The notes: a model not told the origin generated them from the sequence alone. Positions 1-12,534 are shown, counted from the stretch's first letter. The stretch: DNA of 64,000 nt from Escherichia coli (GCF_044324875.1 NZ_CP172185.1), one strand, 5' to 3'. Program-made: numbers and translations.

Positions 1-1338
1 GGTATGCTGGTGCGCAGTTACAACCTCAACCAGCAATTGCTGCAGCGCCATTATGAAGAACAGAACGAAAACGCGATGCGCTTCCCGGTGTCGGATTTGC
101 CGAACAAAGCCTTGCTGATGGAGATGCTGGAGCAGGTTGTCGCGCGTAAACAAACCACCGCGCTGATGATCATCACCTGTGAAACCCTGCGTGATACTGC
201 GGGCGTGCTGAAAGAGGCGCAACGAGAAATTCTGCTGCTGACGCTGGTGGAAAAACTCAAATCGGTACTGTCGCCACGTATGATCCTCGCGCAGATTAGT
301 GGTTATGACTTTGCTGTCATTGCCAATGGTGTACAGGAACCGTGGCACGCAATCACTTTAGGTCAGCAAGTGCTCACTATCATGAGCGAGCGCCTGCCGA
401 TTGAACGTATTCAACTCCGTCCGCACTGTAGCATTGGCGTGGCGATGTTCTACGGCGATCTCACCGCCGAACAGCTTTACAGTCGTGCTATTTCTGCGGC
501 ATTTACCGCTCGCCATAAAGGCAAGAATCAGATTCAGTTCTTTGATCCGCAGCAGATGGAAGCCGCCCAACAGCGGTTGACGGAAGAGAGCGATATCCTT
601 AATGCACTGGAAAATCATCAGTTTGCGATTTGGTTACAGCCACAGGTCGAGATGACCAGCGGTAAACTGGTCAGTGCGGAAGTGTTACTGCGTATCCAGC
701 AACCGGATGGCAGTTGGGATCTGCCGGATGGCTTAATCGATCGCATTGAATGCTGTGGGCTGATGGTTACCGTTGGTCACTGGGTGCTGGAAGAGTCCTG
801 TCGACTGCTTGCTGCCTGGCAAGAGCGCGGCATTATGCTGCCCTTGTCGGTAAACCTCTCAGCGCTGCAACTGATGCACCCGAATATGGTGGCGGATATG
901 CTGGAACTGTTAACCCGCTATCGCATTCAGCCGGGAACACTGATTCTGGAAGTGACAGAAAGCCGACGTATTGACGACCCTCATGCTGCGGTGGCAATCC
1001 TCCGTCCGCTGCGCAATGCCGGAGTTCGGGTGGCGCTGGATGATTTCGGCATGGGCTATGCGGGGCTGCGTCAGCTGCAGCATATGAAATCGTTGCCAAT
1101 CGACGTACTGAAAATCGACAAAATGTTTGTTGAAGGCTTGCCGGAAGATAGCAGCATGATTGCTGCAATTATCATGTTGGCGCAAAGCCTGAACTTACAA
1201 ATGATTGCCGAAGGCGTGGAGACTGAAGCACAACGCGACTGGCTGGCAAAAGCGGGCGTTGGTATTGCCCAGGGCTTCCTTTTTGCTCGCCCACTCCCTA
1301 TTGAAATCTTCGAAGAGAGTTACCTGGAAGAAAAGTAG
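1..1338 (+). CDS. pdeK: c-di-GMP phosphodiesterase PdeK (YhjK), 3' portion; 5' end lies outside the window
   Basis: ORF 4..1338 is open to the window edge; EAL-domain motifs (EVLLR, DDFG) after a degenerate GGDEF-like segment; sits directly upstream of dctA as in K-12. Confidence 0.85.
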   Translation, partial: GMLVRSYNLNQQLLQRHYEEQNENAMRFPVSDLPNKALLMEMLEQVVARKQTTALMIITCETLRDTAGVLKEAQREILLLTLVEKLKSVLSPRMILAQISGYDFAVIANGVQEPWHAITLGQQVLTIMSERLPIERIQLRPHCSIGVAMFYGDLTAEQLYSRAISAAFTARHKGKNQIQFFDPQQMEAAQQRLTEESDILNALENHQFAIWLQPQVEMTSGKLVSAEVLLRIQQPDGSWDLPDGLIDRIECCGLMVTVGHWVLEESCRLLAAWQERGIMLPLSVNLSALQLMHPNMVADMLELLTRYRIQPGTLILEVTESRRIDDPHAAVAILRPLRNAGVRVALDDFGMGYAGLRQLQHMKSLPIDVLKIDKMFVEGLPEDSSMIAAIIMLAQSLNLQMIAEGVETEAQRDWLAKAGVGIAQGFLFARPLPIEIFEESYLEEK

Positions 1339-1484
1339 CTACCCCAAACTGATTACAAAACTTTAAAAAGTGCTGGTTTGTGCGAGCCAGCTCAAACTTT
1401 TTAACCTTTTTGTTTCAATTATGATCCAGGTACATTTCTGTGATGTTGTCTGGGTGTTATTTTAAGGCCGCAGGTACCCCATAA

Positions 1485-2807
<1,323 letters not shown>

Positions 2808-2821
2808 TCTCACCACTTATG

Positions 2822-2855
2822 CCCGCACTCCCTTCCCCGAGTGCGGGTGTTTGCG
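2822..2855 (+). terminator. Rho-independent terminator downstream of dctA
   Basis: GC-rich hairpin cccgcactc...gagtgcggg followed by tgtttgcg; a second hairpin (cctgaactt...agttcagg + tttattt) follows. Confidence 0.55.
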
Positions 2856-3026
2856 CATAATTGACCCTTGTGCCTGAACTTACCACCTGGGTGAGTTCAG
2901 GTTTATTTCACTTCTTCCGTGACATTTTCATGTTCTTGCGGTCTAACACGAAGTGTTTTTAACGTCATTTAGACTGACCGACAACGGGCAGTTTTTTATT
3001 ACCAGGATAGTTGATCAGGGGTTCAC

Positions 3027-4523
3027 ATGCAGGGCACAAAAATTCGACTTTTAGCGGGCGGTTTGCTGATGATGGCCACTGCTGGCTATGTGCAGGCAGA
3101 TGCGCTCCAGCCTGATCCAGCATGGCAACAGGGGACGCTTTCCAACGGTTTACAGTGGCAAGTGCTGACCACGCCCCAGCGTCCCAGCGATCGTGTTGAA
3201 ATTCGCCTGCTGGTTAATACCGGTTCGCTCGCCGAAAGTACACAACAGAGCGGTTACAGTCACGCCATCCCTCGTATTGCGTTAACGCAAAGTGGTGGCC
3301 TTGAAGCAGCACAGGCGCGTTCATTGTGGCAGCAGGGGATCGACCCTAAACGCCCGATGCCGCCGGTAATTGTCTCTTATGACACCACGCTGTTTAATCT
3401 GAGTTTGCCCAATAACCGTAACGACTTGCTGAAAGAAGCGCTCTCTTATCTGGCAAATGCCACTGGCAAACTGACTATCACGCCAGAAACCATCAACCAC
3501 GCGCTGCAAAGTCAGGACATGGTGGCAACCTGGCCTGCCGATACTAAAGAGGGCTGGTGGCGCTATCGTCTGAAAGGATCAACCTTGTTAGGTCACGATC
3601 CTGCCGATCCGCTGAAACAACCCGTTGAAGCGGAAAAGATTAAAGATTTCTATCAGAAATGGTACACCCCGGATGCAATGACGCTGCTGGTGGTGGGAAA
3701 CGTGGATGCGCGCTCGGTCGTCGACCAAATCAATAAAACGTTTGGCGAACTGAAAGGCAAACGTGAAACACCGGCTCCGGTGCCGACGCTTTCTCCGCTG
3801 CGTGCGGAAGCGGTGAGTATTATGACTGACGCGGTGCGTCAGGACCGGTTATCCATCATGTGGGATACGCCGTGGCAGCCGATTCGTGAATCAGCCGCAC
3901 TGCTGCGCTACTGGCGTGCGGACCTGGCCCGTGAGGCGCTGTTCTGGCATGTTCAGCAAGCGTTAAGCGCCAGTAACAGCAAAGATATCGGTCTTGGATT
4001 TGACTGTCGTGTGCTGTATCTGCGTGCGCAGTGTGCCATTAACATCGAATCACCAAACGACAAGCTGAGCAGCAACCTTAATCTGGTGGCGCGTGAACTG
4101 GCGAAGGTTCGCGATAAAGGTCTGCCGGAAGAGGAGTTCAATGCGTTAGTGGCGCAAAAGAAACTGGAGCTGCAGAAACTGTTTGCCGCCTATGCGCGAG
4201 CTGATACCGATATTCTGATGGGTCAGCGGATGCGTTCGTTGCAAAATCAGGTCGTTGATATCGCGCCGGAGCAATATCAGAAACTGCGCCAGGACTTCCT
4301 TAACAGCCTGACGGTGGAGATGTTAAATCAGGATCTGCGTCAGCAGTTGTCGAATGATATGGCGTTAATACTCCTGCAGCCGAAAGGCGAGCCGGAATTT
4401 AACATGAAAGCGTTGCAGGCGGCCTGGGATCAAATCATGACCCCATCTACTGCCGCTGCGACCACCTCTGTCGCCACGGATGACGTACATCCTGAAGTGA
4501 CGGATATTCCACCTGTACAGTAA
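3027..4523 (+). CDS. yhjJ: Periplasmic M16-family peptidase-like protein YhjJ
   Basis: 498-aa ORF with N-terminal signal peptide (LLAGGLLMMATAGYVQA); recognised as YhjJ; position between dctA and kdgK. Confidence 0.9.
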   Translation: MQGTKIRLLAGGLLMMATAGYVQADALQPDPAWQQGTLSNGLQWQVLTTPQRPSDRVEIRLLVNTGSLAESTQQSGYSHAIPRIALTQSGGLEAAQARSLWQQGIDPKRPMPPVIVSYDTTLFNLSLPNNRNDLLKEALSYLANATGKLTITPETINHALQSQDMVATWPADTKEGWWRYRLKGSTLLGHDPADPLKQPVEAEKIKDFYQKWYTPDAMTLLVVGNVDARSVVDQINKTFGELKGKRETPAPVPTLSPLRAEAVSIMTDAVRQDRLSIMWDTPWQPIRESAALLRYWRADLAREALFWHVQQALSASNSKDIGLGFDCRVLYLRAQCAINIESPNDKLSSNLNLVARELAKVRDKGLPEEEFNALVAQKKLELQKLFAAYARADTDILMGQRMRSLQNQVVDIAPEQYQKLRQDFLNSLTVEMLNQDLRQQLSNDMALILLQPKGEPEFNMKALQAAWDQIMTPSTAAATTSVATDDVHPEVTDIPPVQ

Positions 4524-4618
4524 TGCCTGATGGTGATGAGTTAGCACAACCATCAGGTATTTATGGATGAGCTGGATAGAGGGGTAACACTCTATCCAGC
4601 CTTTTGCATATGCTGCTT

Positions 4619-5548
4619 TTACGCTGGCATCGCTTCACGCGGGATAATCGCGCCGCGATACTGAATAACGGTACTTGCGGTCAGGTGCCCGCGTTTCGCC
4701 GCGTTTTCCGCACTGCCGCCCGTCAAACGTACCGCCAGATAACCGGCACTGAAAGAGTCGCCAGCTGCGGTGGTATCGATCACTTTTTCTTTCGGCAGTT
4801 TCACCGCTGGAACATCCACTAACCCTTCGCCAGCAATGGACACCAGGCAAGAATCCGCCCCGCGTTTCACCACCACTTCTTTCACGCCCGCGTTATGGGT
4901 GCGCGCAATGACATCTTCCACCGGCTGTTGACCCCACAGCGCGTCTTCGTCGTCCAGCGTCAGGAAGGCGATATCCGTGCATTCCAGCATTTGCTGGTAC
5001 ACCTGCTGTGTCTCTTCTTTGCTGGCCCACAGGCGCGGACGATAGTTATTGTCGAAAATCACTTTTCCGCCGTTGGCGCGGCATTCGCGCAGCAGAGAAA
5101 GCAGCTTTTCGCGGCTGGTCGGGCTTAAGATCGCCAGGCTAATCCCGCTCAGGTAGAGATAATCGAAATTCGCCAGCTCTTCGCAAATCGCCGCAGACTG
5201 CTCGCTCTCCAGCCAGAATTTGGCGGCGGCTTCGTTACGCCAGTAGTAGAACGTACGTTCGCCGGTGCTGTCGGTTTCAATGTAGTAAAGGCCCGGCAGA
5301 CGGTTTTCCATCCGTTGGGTCAGGGAAGTATCAACGTTCTCGCCGTGCCAGGCGTCCAGCATCTGCTGGCTAAAACTGTCCGTTCCCAGCGCCGTTACGT
5401 AATGAACGGTTAATTCCGCAGGATCGACCTGACGGGCGATATAGACGGAAGTGTTCAGGGTATCGCCGCCGAAACCGCGCTTAACGTCCGCGCCTTTCTC
5501 GGAAAGCTCAATCATGCATTCGCCAATCACGGCAATCTTTTTGGACAT
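4619..5548 (-). CDS. kdgK: 2-dehydro-3-deoxygluconokinase KdgK
   Basis: ORF 4619..5896 trimmed to the ATG at 5548 (MSKKIAVIGECMIEL...), giving 309 aa; PfkB-family sugar kinase. Confidence 0.92.
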   Translation of the reverse strand: MSKKIAVIGECMIELSEKGADVKRGFGGDTLNTSVYIARQVDPAELTVHYVTALGTDSFSQQMLDAWHGENVDTSLTQRMENRLPGLYYIETDSTGERTFYYWRNEAAAKFWLESEQSAAICEELANFDYLYLSGISLAILSPTSREKLLSLLRECRANGGKVIFDNNYRPRLWASKEETQQVYQQMLECTDIAFLTLDDEDALWGQQPVEDVIARTHNAGVKEVVVKRGADSCLVSIAGEGLVDVPAVKLPKEKVIDTTAAGDSFSAGYLAVRLTGGSAENAAKRGHLTASTVIQYRGAIIPREAMPA

Positions 5549-5779
5549 AGTCGTGAACCTGATCTGTAAAAAATTAGCGTTAGTTTGCGCTGTGGTGGTT
5601 TGCTGGTCAACCATATTAAAACAGTGTTCCATTATTTTTTTGAGCCAGAACGTATTCCTGAAAGATTCCGTTGTGGAGTGGGGAAATTTACCCCGGCCAG
5701 GCGGTAAAGTTCTGCCCTTGCGCGCCGATAATCTTTGTCGAGTCCGGGCAGCATCACTTTTAAACACAGGACATCTTTG

Positions 5780-6547
5780 ATGATAAGGCAGGTTATCCAG
5801 CGAATAAGCAACCCTGAAGCAAGCATCGAGAGCTTGCAGGAACGGCGTTTTTGGTTGCAGTGTGAGCGTGCTTACACCTGGCAGCCGATCTATCAAACAT
5901 GCGGGCGGTTAATGGCCGTGGAGCTATTAACGGTGGTCACGCATCCCTTGAACCCTTCGCAACGCCTGCCGCCAGATCGCTATTTTACTGAAATCACCGT
6001 CAGCCATCGGATGGAGGTTGTGAAAGAGCAGATTGATTTGCTGGCGAAAAAAGCCGACTTCTTTGTAGAGCACGACCTGCTGGCATCGGTCAATATTGAT
6101 GGCCCTACGCTCATCGCCCTGCGTCAGCAACCAAAAATCCTGCGCCAGATTGAGCGTCTTCCCTGGCTGCGTTTCGAACTGGTGGAGCATATCCGTCTGC
6201 CGAAAGATTCAACCTTTGCCTCGATGTGTGAATTTGGCCCGCTGTGGCTGGATGATTTTGGCACCGGGATGGCAAATTTCTCTGCGCTAAGTGAAGTGCG
6301 TTATGACTACATCAAAATCGCGCGAGAACTGTTTGTGATGCTGCGTCAGTCGCCGGAAGGCCGCACACTCTTTTCTCAGCTTTTACATCTCATGAATCGC
6401 TATTGTCGCGGGGTGATTGTCGAGGGCGTAGAAACACCGGAAGAGTGGCGCGATGTACAGAACTCGCCCGCATTCGCCGCACAAGGCTGGTTTCTTTCAC
6501 GCCCGGCACCGATAGAAACGCTGAATACGGCGGTTCTGGCGCTATAA
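5780..6547 (+). CDS. pdeH: c-di-GMP phosphodiesterase PdeH (YhjH), EAL domain
   Basis: ORF 5735..6547 trimmed to ATG at 5780 (MIRQVIQRISNPEAS...), 255 aa; stand-alone EAL domain. Confidence 0.92.
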   Translation: MIRQVIQRISNPEASIESLQERRFWLQCERAYTWQPIYQTCGRLMAVELLTVVTHPLNPSQRLPPDRYFTEITVSHRMEVVKEQIDLLAKKADFFVEHDLLASVNIDGPTLIALRQQPKILRQIERLPWLRFELVEHIRLPKDSTFASMCEFGPLWLDDFGTGMANFSALSEVRYDYIKIARELFVMLRQSPEGRTLFSQLLHLMNRYCRGVIVEGVETPEEWRDVQNSPAFAAQGWFLSRPAPIETLNTAVLAL

Positions 6548-6616
6548 GCTGCCTCATTTTCCGACTGGCTGGACTATCTTTAGGACTGGCACAGGAAGAA
6601 TATGAGGAAGCGAACG

Positions 6617-8677
6617 ATGAGCAAGGCAGGCAAAATAACCGCTGCGATTTCAGGGGCTTTCTTGTTGTTGATTGTCGTGGCGATCATTTTGATTGCAACT
6701 TTTGACTGGAATCGACTCAAACCGACCATCAACCAGAAAGTCTCTGCGGAGTTGAATCGTCCGTTCGCTATCCGTGGCGATCTGGGCGTGGTGTGGGAGC
6801 GGCAAAAGCAAGAAACTGGCTGGCGCAGCTGGGTGCCGTGGCCTCATGTGCATGCAGAAGACATCATTCTCGGCAATCCACCGGATATTCCCGAAGTCAC
6901 AATGGTGCATTTGCCACGCGTAGAGGCAACGCTGGCACCGTTGGCGCTGCTGACCAAAACGGTCTGGCTACCGTGGATCAAACTGGAAAAGCCCGACGCA
7001 CGCCTGATTCGCCTCTCAGAAAAGAACAACAACTGGACATTTAATCTCGCCAGCGATGACAACAAAGACGCGAATGCAAAGCCGTCGGCATGGTCGTTTC
7101 GGCTGGATAATATTCTTTTCGATCAAGGGCGGATCGCCATTGATGACAAAGTAAGCAAAGCGGATCTGGAAATTTTTGTCGATCCGTTAGGCAAGCCGCT
7201 GCCGTTCAGCGAAGTTACTGGATCGAAAGGTAAAGCGGATAAAGAAAAGGTGGGTGATTACGTTTTTGGCCTGAAGGCGCATGGACGTTATAACGGTGAA
7301 CCGCTCACTGGTACGGGAAAAATAGGCGGTATGCTGGCGCTGCGTGGCGAAGGTACACCATTTCCGGTACAGGCTGATTTTCGCTCTGGTAACACCCGTG
7401 TTGCTTTTGATGGCGTTGTGAATGACCCAATGAAGATGGGTGGTGTCGATTTACGGCTTAAATTTTCTGGCGATTCACTGGGTGATCTCTATGAACTGAC
7501 GGGCGTTCTGCTGCCCGATACCCCGCCGTTTGAAACGGATGGTCGGCTGGTAGCGAAAATCGACACTGAAAAATCGTCGGTCTTTGATTATCGCGGTTTT
7601 AATGGGCGCATTGGCGATAGCGATATCCACGGTTCTCTGGTCTATACCACCGGCAAGCCACGGCCAAAACTGGAAGGTGATGTCGAGTCGCGGCAATTGC
7701 GGCTGGGGGACTTGGGACCGTTGATTGGCGTTGATTCCGGGAAAGGAGCTGAAAAGTCGAAACGGTCTGAACAGAAGAAGGGTGAAAAAAGCGTTCAGCC
7801 TGCGGGCAAAGTGCTGCCTTATGACCGCTTCGAAACCGATAAATGGGACGTCATGGATGCCGATGTTCGCTTCAAAGGGCGGCGCATTGAGCATGGCAGT
7901 AGCCTGCCGATTAGCGATCTTTCTACTCATATCATCCTCAAAAATGCTGACCTGCGCCTGCAACCGCTGAAATTTGGCATGGCGGGCGGCAGCATTGCGG
8001 CGAATATTCATCTGGAAGGTGATAAAAAACCGATGCAAGGGCGGGCAGATATTCAGGCTCGTCGGCTGAAACTGAAAGAACTGATGCCCGATGTAGAACT
8101 GATGCAGAAGACGCTGGGGGAAATGAACGGTGACGCGGAACTACGCGGTAGCGGTAACTCGGTGGCGGCGCTTTTAGGCAACAGTAACGGCAACCTGAAA
8201 CTGTTGATGAATGACGGGCTGGTGAGCCGCAACCTGATGGAGATTGTCGGGCTGAATGTCGGTAACTACATTGTCGGTGCGATATTTGGTGACGATGAGG
8301 TGCGGGTGAACTGCGCGGCGGCGAATCTTGATATTGCCAACGGCGTGGCGCGCCCGCAGATCTTTGCTTTCGATACTGAGAATGCGTTGATCAATGTTAC
8401 CGGCACGGCAAGTTTTGCTTCGGAGCAACTGGATTTGACTATTGATCCGGAGAGTAAAGGGATTCGGATTATCACGCTGCGTTCGCCGCTGTATGTGCGT
8501 GGGACATTTAAAAATCCGCAGGCTGGGGTGAAAGCCGGGCCGTTGATTGCCCGAGGAGCCGTTGCGGCGGCACTGGCAACGCTGGTTACGCCAGCGGCGG
8601 CGTTACTGGCGCTGATCTCACCTTCCGAAGGGGAGGCTAATCAGTGCCGGACGATTTTGTCGCAGATGAAGAAGTGA
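6617..8677 (+). CDS. yhjG: AsmA-family protein YhjG
   Basis: ORF 6602..8677, start taken at ATG 6617 (MSKAGKITAA...), 686 aa; N-terminal membrane anchor; recognised as YhjG. Confidence 0.9.
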   Translation: MSKAGKITAAISGAFLLLIVVAIILIATFDWNRLKPTINQKVSAELNRPFAIRGDLGVVWERQKQETGWRSWVPWPHVHAEDIILGNPPDIPEVTMVHLPRVEATLAPLALLTKTVWLPWIKLEKPDARLIRLSEKNNNWTFNLASDDNKDANAKPSAWSFRLDNILFDQGRIAIDDKVSKADLEIFVDPLGKPLPFSEVTGSKGKADKEKVGDYVFGLKAHGRYNGEPLTGTGKIGGMLALRGEGTPFPVQADFRSGNTRVAFDGVVNDPMKMGGVDLRLKFSGDSLGDLYELTGVLLPDTPPFETDGRLVAKIDTEKSSVFDYRGFNGRIGDSDIHGSLVYTTGKPRPKLEGDVESRQLRLGDLGPLIGVDSGKGAEKSKRSEQKKGEKSVQPAGKVLPYDRFETDKWDVMDADVRFKGRRIEHGSSLPISDLSTHIILKNADLRLQPLKFGMAGGSIAANIHLEGDKKPMQGRADIQARRLKLKELMPDVELMQKTLGEMNGDAELRGSGNSVAALLGNSNGNLKLLMNDGLVSRNLMEIVGLNVGNYIVGAIFGDDEVRVNCAAANLDIANGVARPQIFAFDTENALINVTGTASFASEQLDLTIDPESKGIRIITLRSPLYVRGTFKNPQAGVKAGPLIARGAVAAALATLVTPAAALLALISPSEGEANQCRTILSQMKK

Positions 8678-8749
8678 TGATAATTGCCGGATGTCTGACA
8701 TCCGGCAATTAAACAGATTTAGAGTGTTGGCAAAGTGTGCTTTGTTCAT

Positions 8750-8783
8750 GCCGGATGCGGCGTGAACGCCTTATCCGTCCTAC
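8750..8783. repeat. REP (repetitive extragenic palindrome) element
   Basis: gccggatgcggcgtgaacgccttatccgtcctac matches the classic E. coli REP consensus; in the yhjG-yhjE convergent gap. Confidence 0.8.
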
Positions 8784-8820
8784 AAATCTTTGCGAATTCA
8801 ATATATTGTATGGAAATTCA

Positions 8821-8846
8821 GGCCTGATAAGCGTAGCGCATCAGGC
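8821..8846. repeat. REP element, second copy
   Basis: ggcctgataagcgtagcgcatcaggc, a REP-type imperfect palindrome. Confidence 0.75.
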
Positions 8847-8858
8847 TTTTCACTCTTA

Positions 8859-10181
8859 TTACAACGATTGATGTCGCGTCTCATGGGTCAGCAGCAGGGC
8901 GATTAACGTCAAGCCAGCCATCGCCGCCAGATATAACCCCACCGCACCTAACCCGTAGTTAGTCTGCAACCAGGCTGCGATATACGGCGCAACGGAAGCC
9001 CCGAGAATCGACGCTACGTTGTAAGAGAACGATGCTCCGGTGTAACGCACTTCTGTCGGGAACAGCTCTGGTAACAGCGCGCCCATCGGCCCGAAGGTCA
9101 GTCCCATCAGACTTAATCCCAGCAGCAGGAAGGCAAAAACCAGAATCGGGTTGCCAGAACCGAGTAGCGGGTTAAAGGCGAACAGCGCGAACAGGATGAT
9201 CAGCGTGGTGATGATTACCATGCTTTTACGGCGACCAAAGGCATCAGCCAGTAATCCGGCGACTGGTACCATCACGCCAAAACCAATCACTGCCATCATC
9301 AGCATCCACAACACTTCGTTACGCGGCAGGCCAAGCCCAACTGGCGCGGCGGCGGTACTAAAGGTCATAGAGTAGACCGTCATGATGTAAAACAGCGTAT
9401 AGGTTGCCAGCATGATGAAGGTACCGAGCACCGTGACGCGTACGTGTTTGGTCAGCAGCGTACCCAGCGGGATCTTCACCTGCTTTTTCGCTTTAGCGAC
9501 TTTCTCAAACACCGGCGACTCATGCAGCGACACGCGAACATACAGGCCGATAATGACCAGCACCGCCGAGAAGATAAACGGCACACGCCAGCCCCAGCTC
9601 ATAAACTGCTCGTCGGTCAGTAGCCAGGAAAGCAGCAAGAAAGTGCCGTTGGCAAAGAAGAAGCCAATCGGTGCGCCCAGCTGCGGGAAGGAGCCATACA
9701 GTGCACGTTTGCGCGGTGGGGCGTTTTCAGTCGCCAGCAGCGCCGCGCCGCCCCATTCACCGCCTAAGCCCAGACCCTGACCAAATCGAGCCAGCGCCAG
9801 CAGCAGCGGGGCGAAAATACCAATCGTGGCATAGCCCGGCAGCAGACCAATCACCACGGTCGAAATCCCCATCGTTAGCAACGAGGCGACCAGCGTCGCT
9901 TTACGCCCAACGCGATCGCCAAAATGACCAAAAACGGCAGAGCCAATGGGGCGCGCGACGAAGGCGATGGCGAAGGTGGCGAGCGACTGGAGCGTTGCTG
10001 CCGTAGGATCGCCCTGCGGGAAGAAGATATGCGGAAACACAATAACGGCCGCAGTGGCGTAAATGTAAAAGTCGAAGAACTCAATGGCCGTGCCAATGAG
10101 AGAGGCGACAAGGACTTTATTACGCGAGTTGATCGGCGTGTATTCTTGCTCGTGGTCGAGTGTTGTGGCTGTTGCTTGCAT
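8859..10181 (-). CDS. yhjE: MFS metabolite:H+ symporter family transporter YhjE
   Basis: 440-aa ORF, 12-TM major facilitator architecture; recognised as YhjE. Confidence 0.92.
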   Translation of the reverse strand: MQATATTLDHEQEYTPINSRNKVLVASLIGTAIEFFDFYIYATAAVIVFPHIFFPQGDPTAATLQSLATFAIAFVARPIGSAVFGHFGDRVGRKATLVASLLTMGISTVVIGLLPGYATIGIFAPLLLALARFGQGLGLGGEWGGAALLATENAPPRKRALYGSFPQLGAPIGFFFANGTFLLLSWLLTDEQFMSWGWRVPFIFSAVLVIIGLYVRVSLHESPVFEKVAKAKKQVKIPLGTLLTKHVRVTVLGTFIMLATYTLFYIMTVYSMTFSTAAAPVGLGLPRNEVLWMLMMAVIGFGVMVPVAGLLADAFGRRKSMVIITTLIILFALFAFNPLLGSGNPILVFAFLLLGLSLMGLTFGPMGALLPELFPTEVRYTGASFSYNVASILGASVAPYIAAWLQTNYGLGAVGLYLAAMAGLTLIALLLTHETRHQSL

Positions 10182-10572
10182 AATCTTTTCTTATTTTTTG
10201 GCTAACGAATAGCCATATTACGCACAGCAAAAGTGATATTTCAATGTGTAACAAATCGCGGAAATGGTCAAAAACCAGGCAAAAAGGGGATAATGTTTAG
10301 GCCAGTGATTTTTCTTCTATGAAATGCTTCACATAATTTTATAAATAGTGGATAAAACTGGTTTCAGGTTAAATAAAAGTTACCAACTGGATTTATATGC
10401 TGGGGTTATGAGTTGGTATGAAATTGTTTGCTCCTGAAGAGATGTAGTTTCAGGTGGTTATGTGCATGTCGTTGCCTGGTCTCTGGCTGGCTTGTACCCC
10501 CTCACCCTAATCCTCTCCCCGAAGGGGCGAGGGGATCGACCGTGCGTTTATCAGGCATTATAAACCAATGAA

Positions 10573-11586
10573 TTACCGCTGCGTTTTCCCCGGCATTCGC
10601 GGGTCGTCTTTATATTCGGCGGTGGCAATCCACGCCGCGCAAAACAGCGTCAAACGGGCGAAGAAGTAGAAAAACGCCATCAGCCCCAGCACGGAACCAA
10701 ATGCTGCGCCAGAGGGGGATTTCATCAGCGATGGCAGGGTGTAGGTCATCACGATTTTAATCACTTCAAAACCAATCGCAGCCAGAAATGTTCCGCGAAT
10801 CAGGGCTTTTTTGCGCGGACGGTGGCGCGGCAAGCGCCAGAAGATCCAGAAGAAAAGCAGATAGTTGGCGAAGATGGAAATCGCCAGGCCAATCAACCGC
10901 CACGTCGGTTTCAGCCACTCAATGCTGTTCAGGTGCAGGGCGCTAATAATCATTTGCTGCGCCGAACCGGCAACCGAGGTGATCGAAAGCGTCACAATCA
11001 GTGCAATCAACAAACCAATCAGTGAAATAAAATCACGCAGATATTTTACCCAGAACTTCTCCTGATCTTGCGGCGAGCGTTCCCAGACATCGCGTGACTG
11101 GGCGCGAATCGCTTCACGCAGGTTACCCATCCAGTTGATGCCGGAATAAAGCGCCACCGCCAGGCCGACAAGCCCTACGGTAGTACGCTGCTGAACGGCG
11201 GTGTTGATGGTGTTTTTCAACGTGGCGGCTAGCGTCGGATCGCTGATGTTTTGCAGAATTTTGTCGAAGATATCCTGTAGCAACATCGGATGGGAGGCCA
11301 GCACAAAGCCCCCTGCGGCAAACGACACCATCAAAATCGGGATCATCGACAAAAATGAGAAATAGGTGATAGCCGCGCCAAACTGGTTACCCAGCCGATC
11401 GTTAAAGCGCTCTGTTGCGCGAATCAGGTGCGCAATAACCGGTTGGCGTTGGACTTTCTCGGCAGTAGTGGTGACGGTTTCCAGCGCCTGGCTAACTTTG
11501 CCGCCTTTCTCGCTATTATCCAACTGCTTAATCGGCTCGTGCTCCAGATCCTGGGTGGGACGTTTGATCTCGTTTTCCTGCGTCAT
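10573..11586 (-). CDS. yhjD: Inner membrane protein YhjD (YihY/virulence factor BrkB family)
   Basis: 337-aa ORF, multi-TM protein; recognised as YhjD. Confidence 0.9.
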   Translation of the reverse strand: MTQENEIKRPTQDLEHEPIKQLDNSEKGGKVSQALETVTTTAEKVQRQPVIAHLIRATERFNDRLGNQFGAAITYFSFLSMIPILMVSFAAGGFVLASHPMLLQDIFDKILQNISDPTLAATLKNTINTAVQQRTTVGLVGLAVALYSGINWMGNLREAIRAQSRDVWERSPQDQEKFWVKYLRDFISLIGLLIALIVTLSITSVAGSAQQMIISALHLNSIEWLKPTWRLIGLAISIFANYLLFFWIFWRLPRHRPRKKALIRGTFLAAIGFEVIKIVMTYTLPSLMKSPSGAAFGSVLGLMAFFYFFARLTLFCAAWIATAEYKDDPRMPGKTQR

Positions 11587-11634
11587 CCGCTCTTTTGTCC
11601 TTCTGTCGTGGTCATTCTTAAAAAGTATAGTCGG

Positions 11635-12534
11635 TCAGTCCAGGTACTCTTTCATTACGCCAGCCAGCCACTGCATAAACAGGTTTACACGCCGGGAAAG
11701 CTCCCGACGCTGCGGATAAATCAGCGAAAGGGAGAGCGGCTCGGCACGGTAGCCAGGTAATACTTCAATAAGCCTCCCGGCACGCAGGGCTTCGCGCACG
11801 GCAATGCGCGGGATCTGAATAATCCCCAGACCGGCAAGACCGGCGGCGAGATAGTTTTCGCGACTGTTTACCGTCAACATGCCGCCAGACTTAAACCACT
11901 GGACGCCATTAACGCTGGCAACCTCAAAACCTAACGGATGTACACCCAGGTGCGGTGTGTAGCGCACTATTGCGTGCGAAGTCAGATCGTCGGGGCTTTG
12001 CGGATAACCAAAGCGCGTCAGATAGTGTGGACTGGCACAATTGACCACGGTCAGTTTGCCGAGGGGACGGGCGATAACGCCATCTTCCGGTGACGCGCCA
12101 GTGCGTATCACGCAATCAAAACCATCGTGAAGAATATCTACCGGACGGTCATGGCTACTCAGCTCCAGCTCAATTCCCGGATGCAGATAGAGAAATTCCG
12201 ACAGACGCGGCAGTAACAGGCTTTTCGCGATTCCTGGCGGGATGTCGATGCGTAATTTACCGCTGATACTGGTGGCATCCTGTTGAAACAGACCGTCCAG
12301 TTCGTTGAGATTACTCAACACATCTTTTGCCCGTTGATAATAGGTCATGCCTTCTGGCGTGAGTTTGACCCGCCGCGTGGTGCGCTGGAGAAGCTGGGTG
12401 CCAAGTTGATGTTCCAGTGCCTGTATCTGGCGCGAAACACTTCCCTTTGGCAAAGCAAAGAAATCCGCCGCGCGGGAAAAACTTTCCAGCTCCGCGACTT
12501 TGATGAACAACTGCATTGCGTGAATTTTATCCAT
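11635..12534 (-). CDS. yhjC: LysR-family transcriptional regulator YhjC
   Basis: ORF 11635..12606 trimmed to ATG 12534 (MDKIHAMQLFIKVAELESFSRAA...), 299 aa; N-terminal LysR HTH. Confidence 0.9.
   Translation of the reverse strand: MDKIHAMQLFIKVAELESFSRAADFFALPKGSVSRQIQALEHQLGTQLLQRTTRRVKLTPEGMTYYQRAKDVLSNLNELDGLFQQDATSISGKLRIDIPPGIAKSLLLPRLSEFLYLHPGIELELSSHDRPVDILHDGFDCVIRTGASPEDGVIARPLGKLTVVNCASPHYLTRFGYPQSPDDLTSHAIVRYTPHLGVHPLGFEVASVNGVQWFKSGGMLTVNSRENYLAAGLAGLGIIQIPRIAVREALRAGRLIEVLPGYRAEPLSLSLIYPQRRELSRRVNLFMQWLAGVMKEYLD

Noticed and set aside
4-1338. Possibility that the first ORF is a complete 444-aa gene starting at the ATG at position 4
   Set aside because: The frame is open to the window edge and the domain content matches the C-terminal part of the larger PdeK protein, so the gene is truncated by the window boundary.
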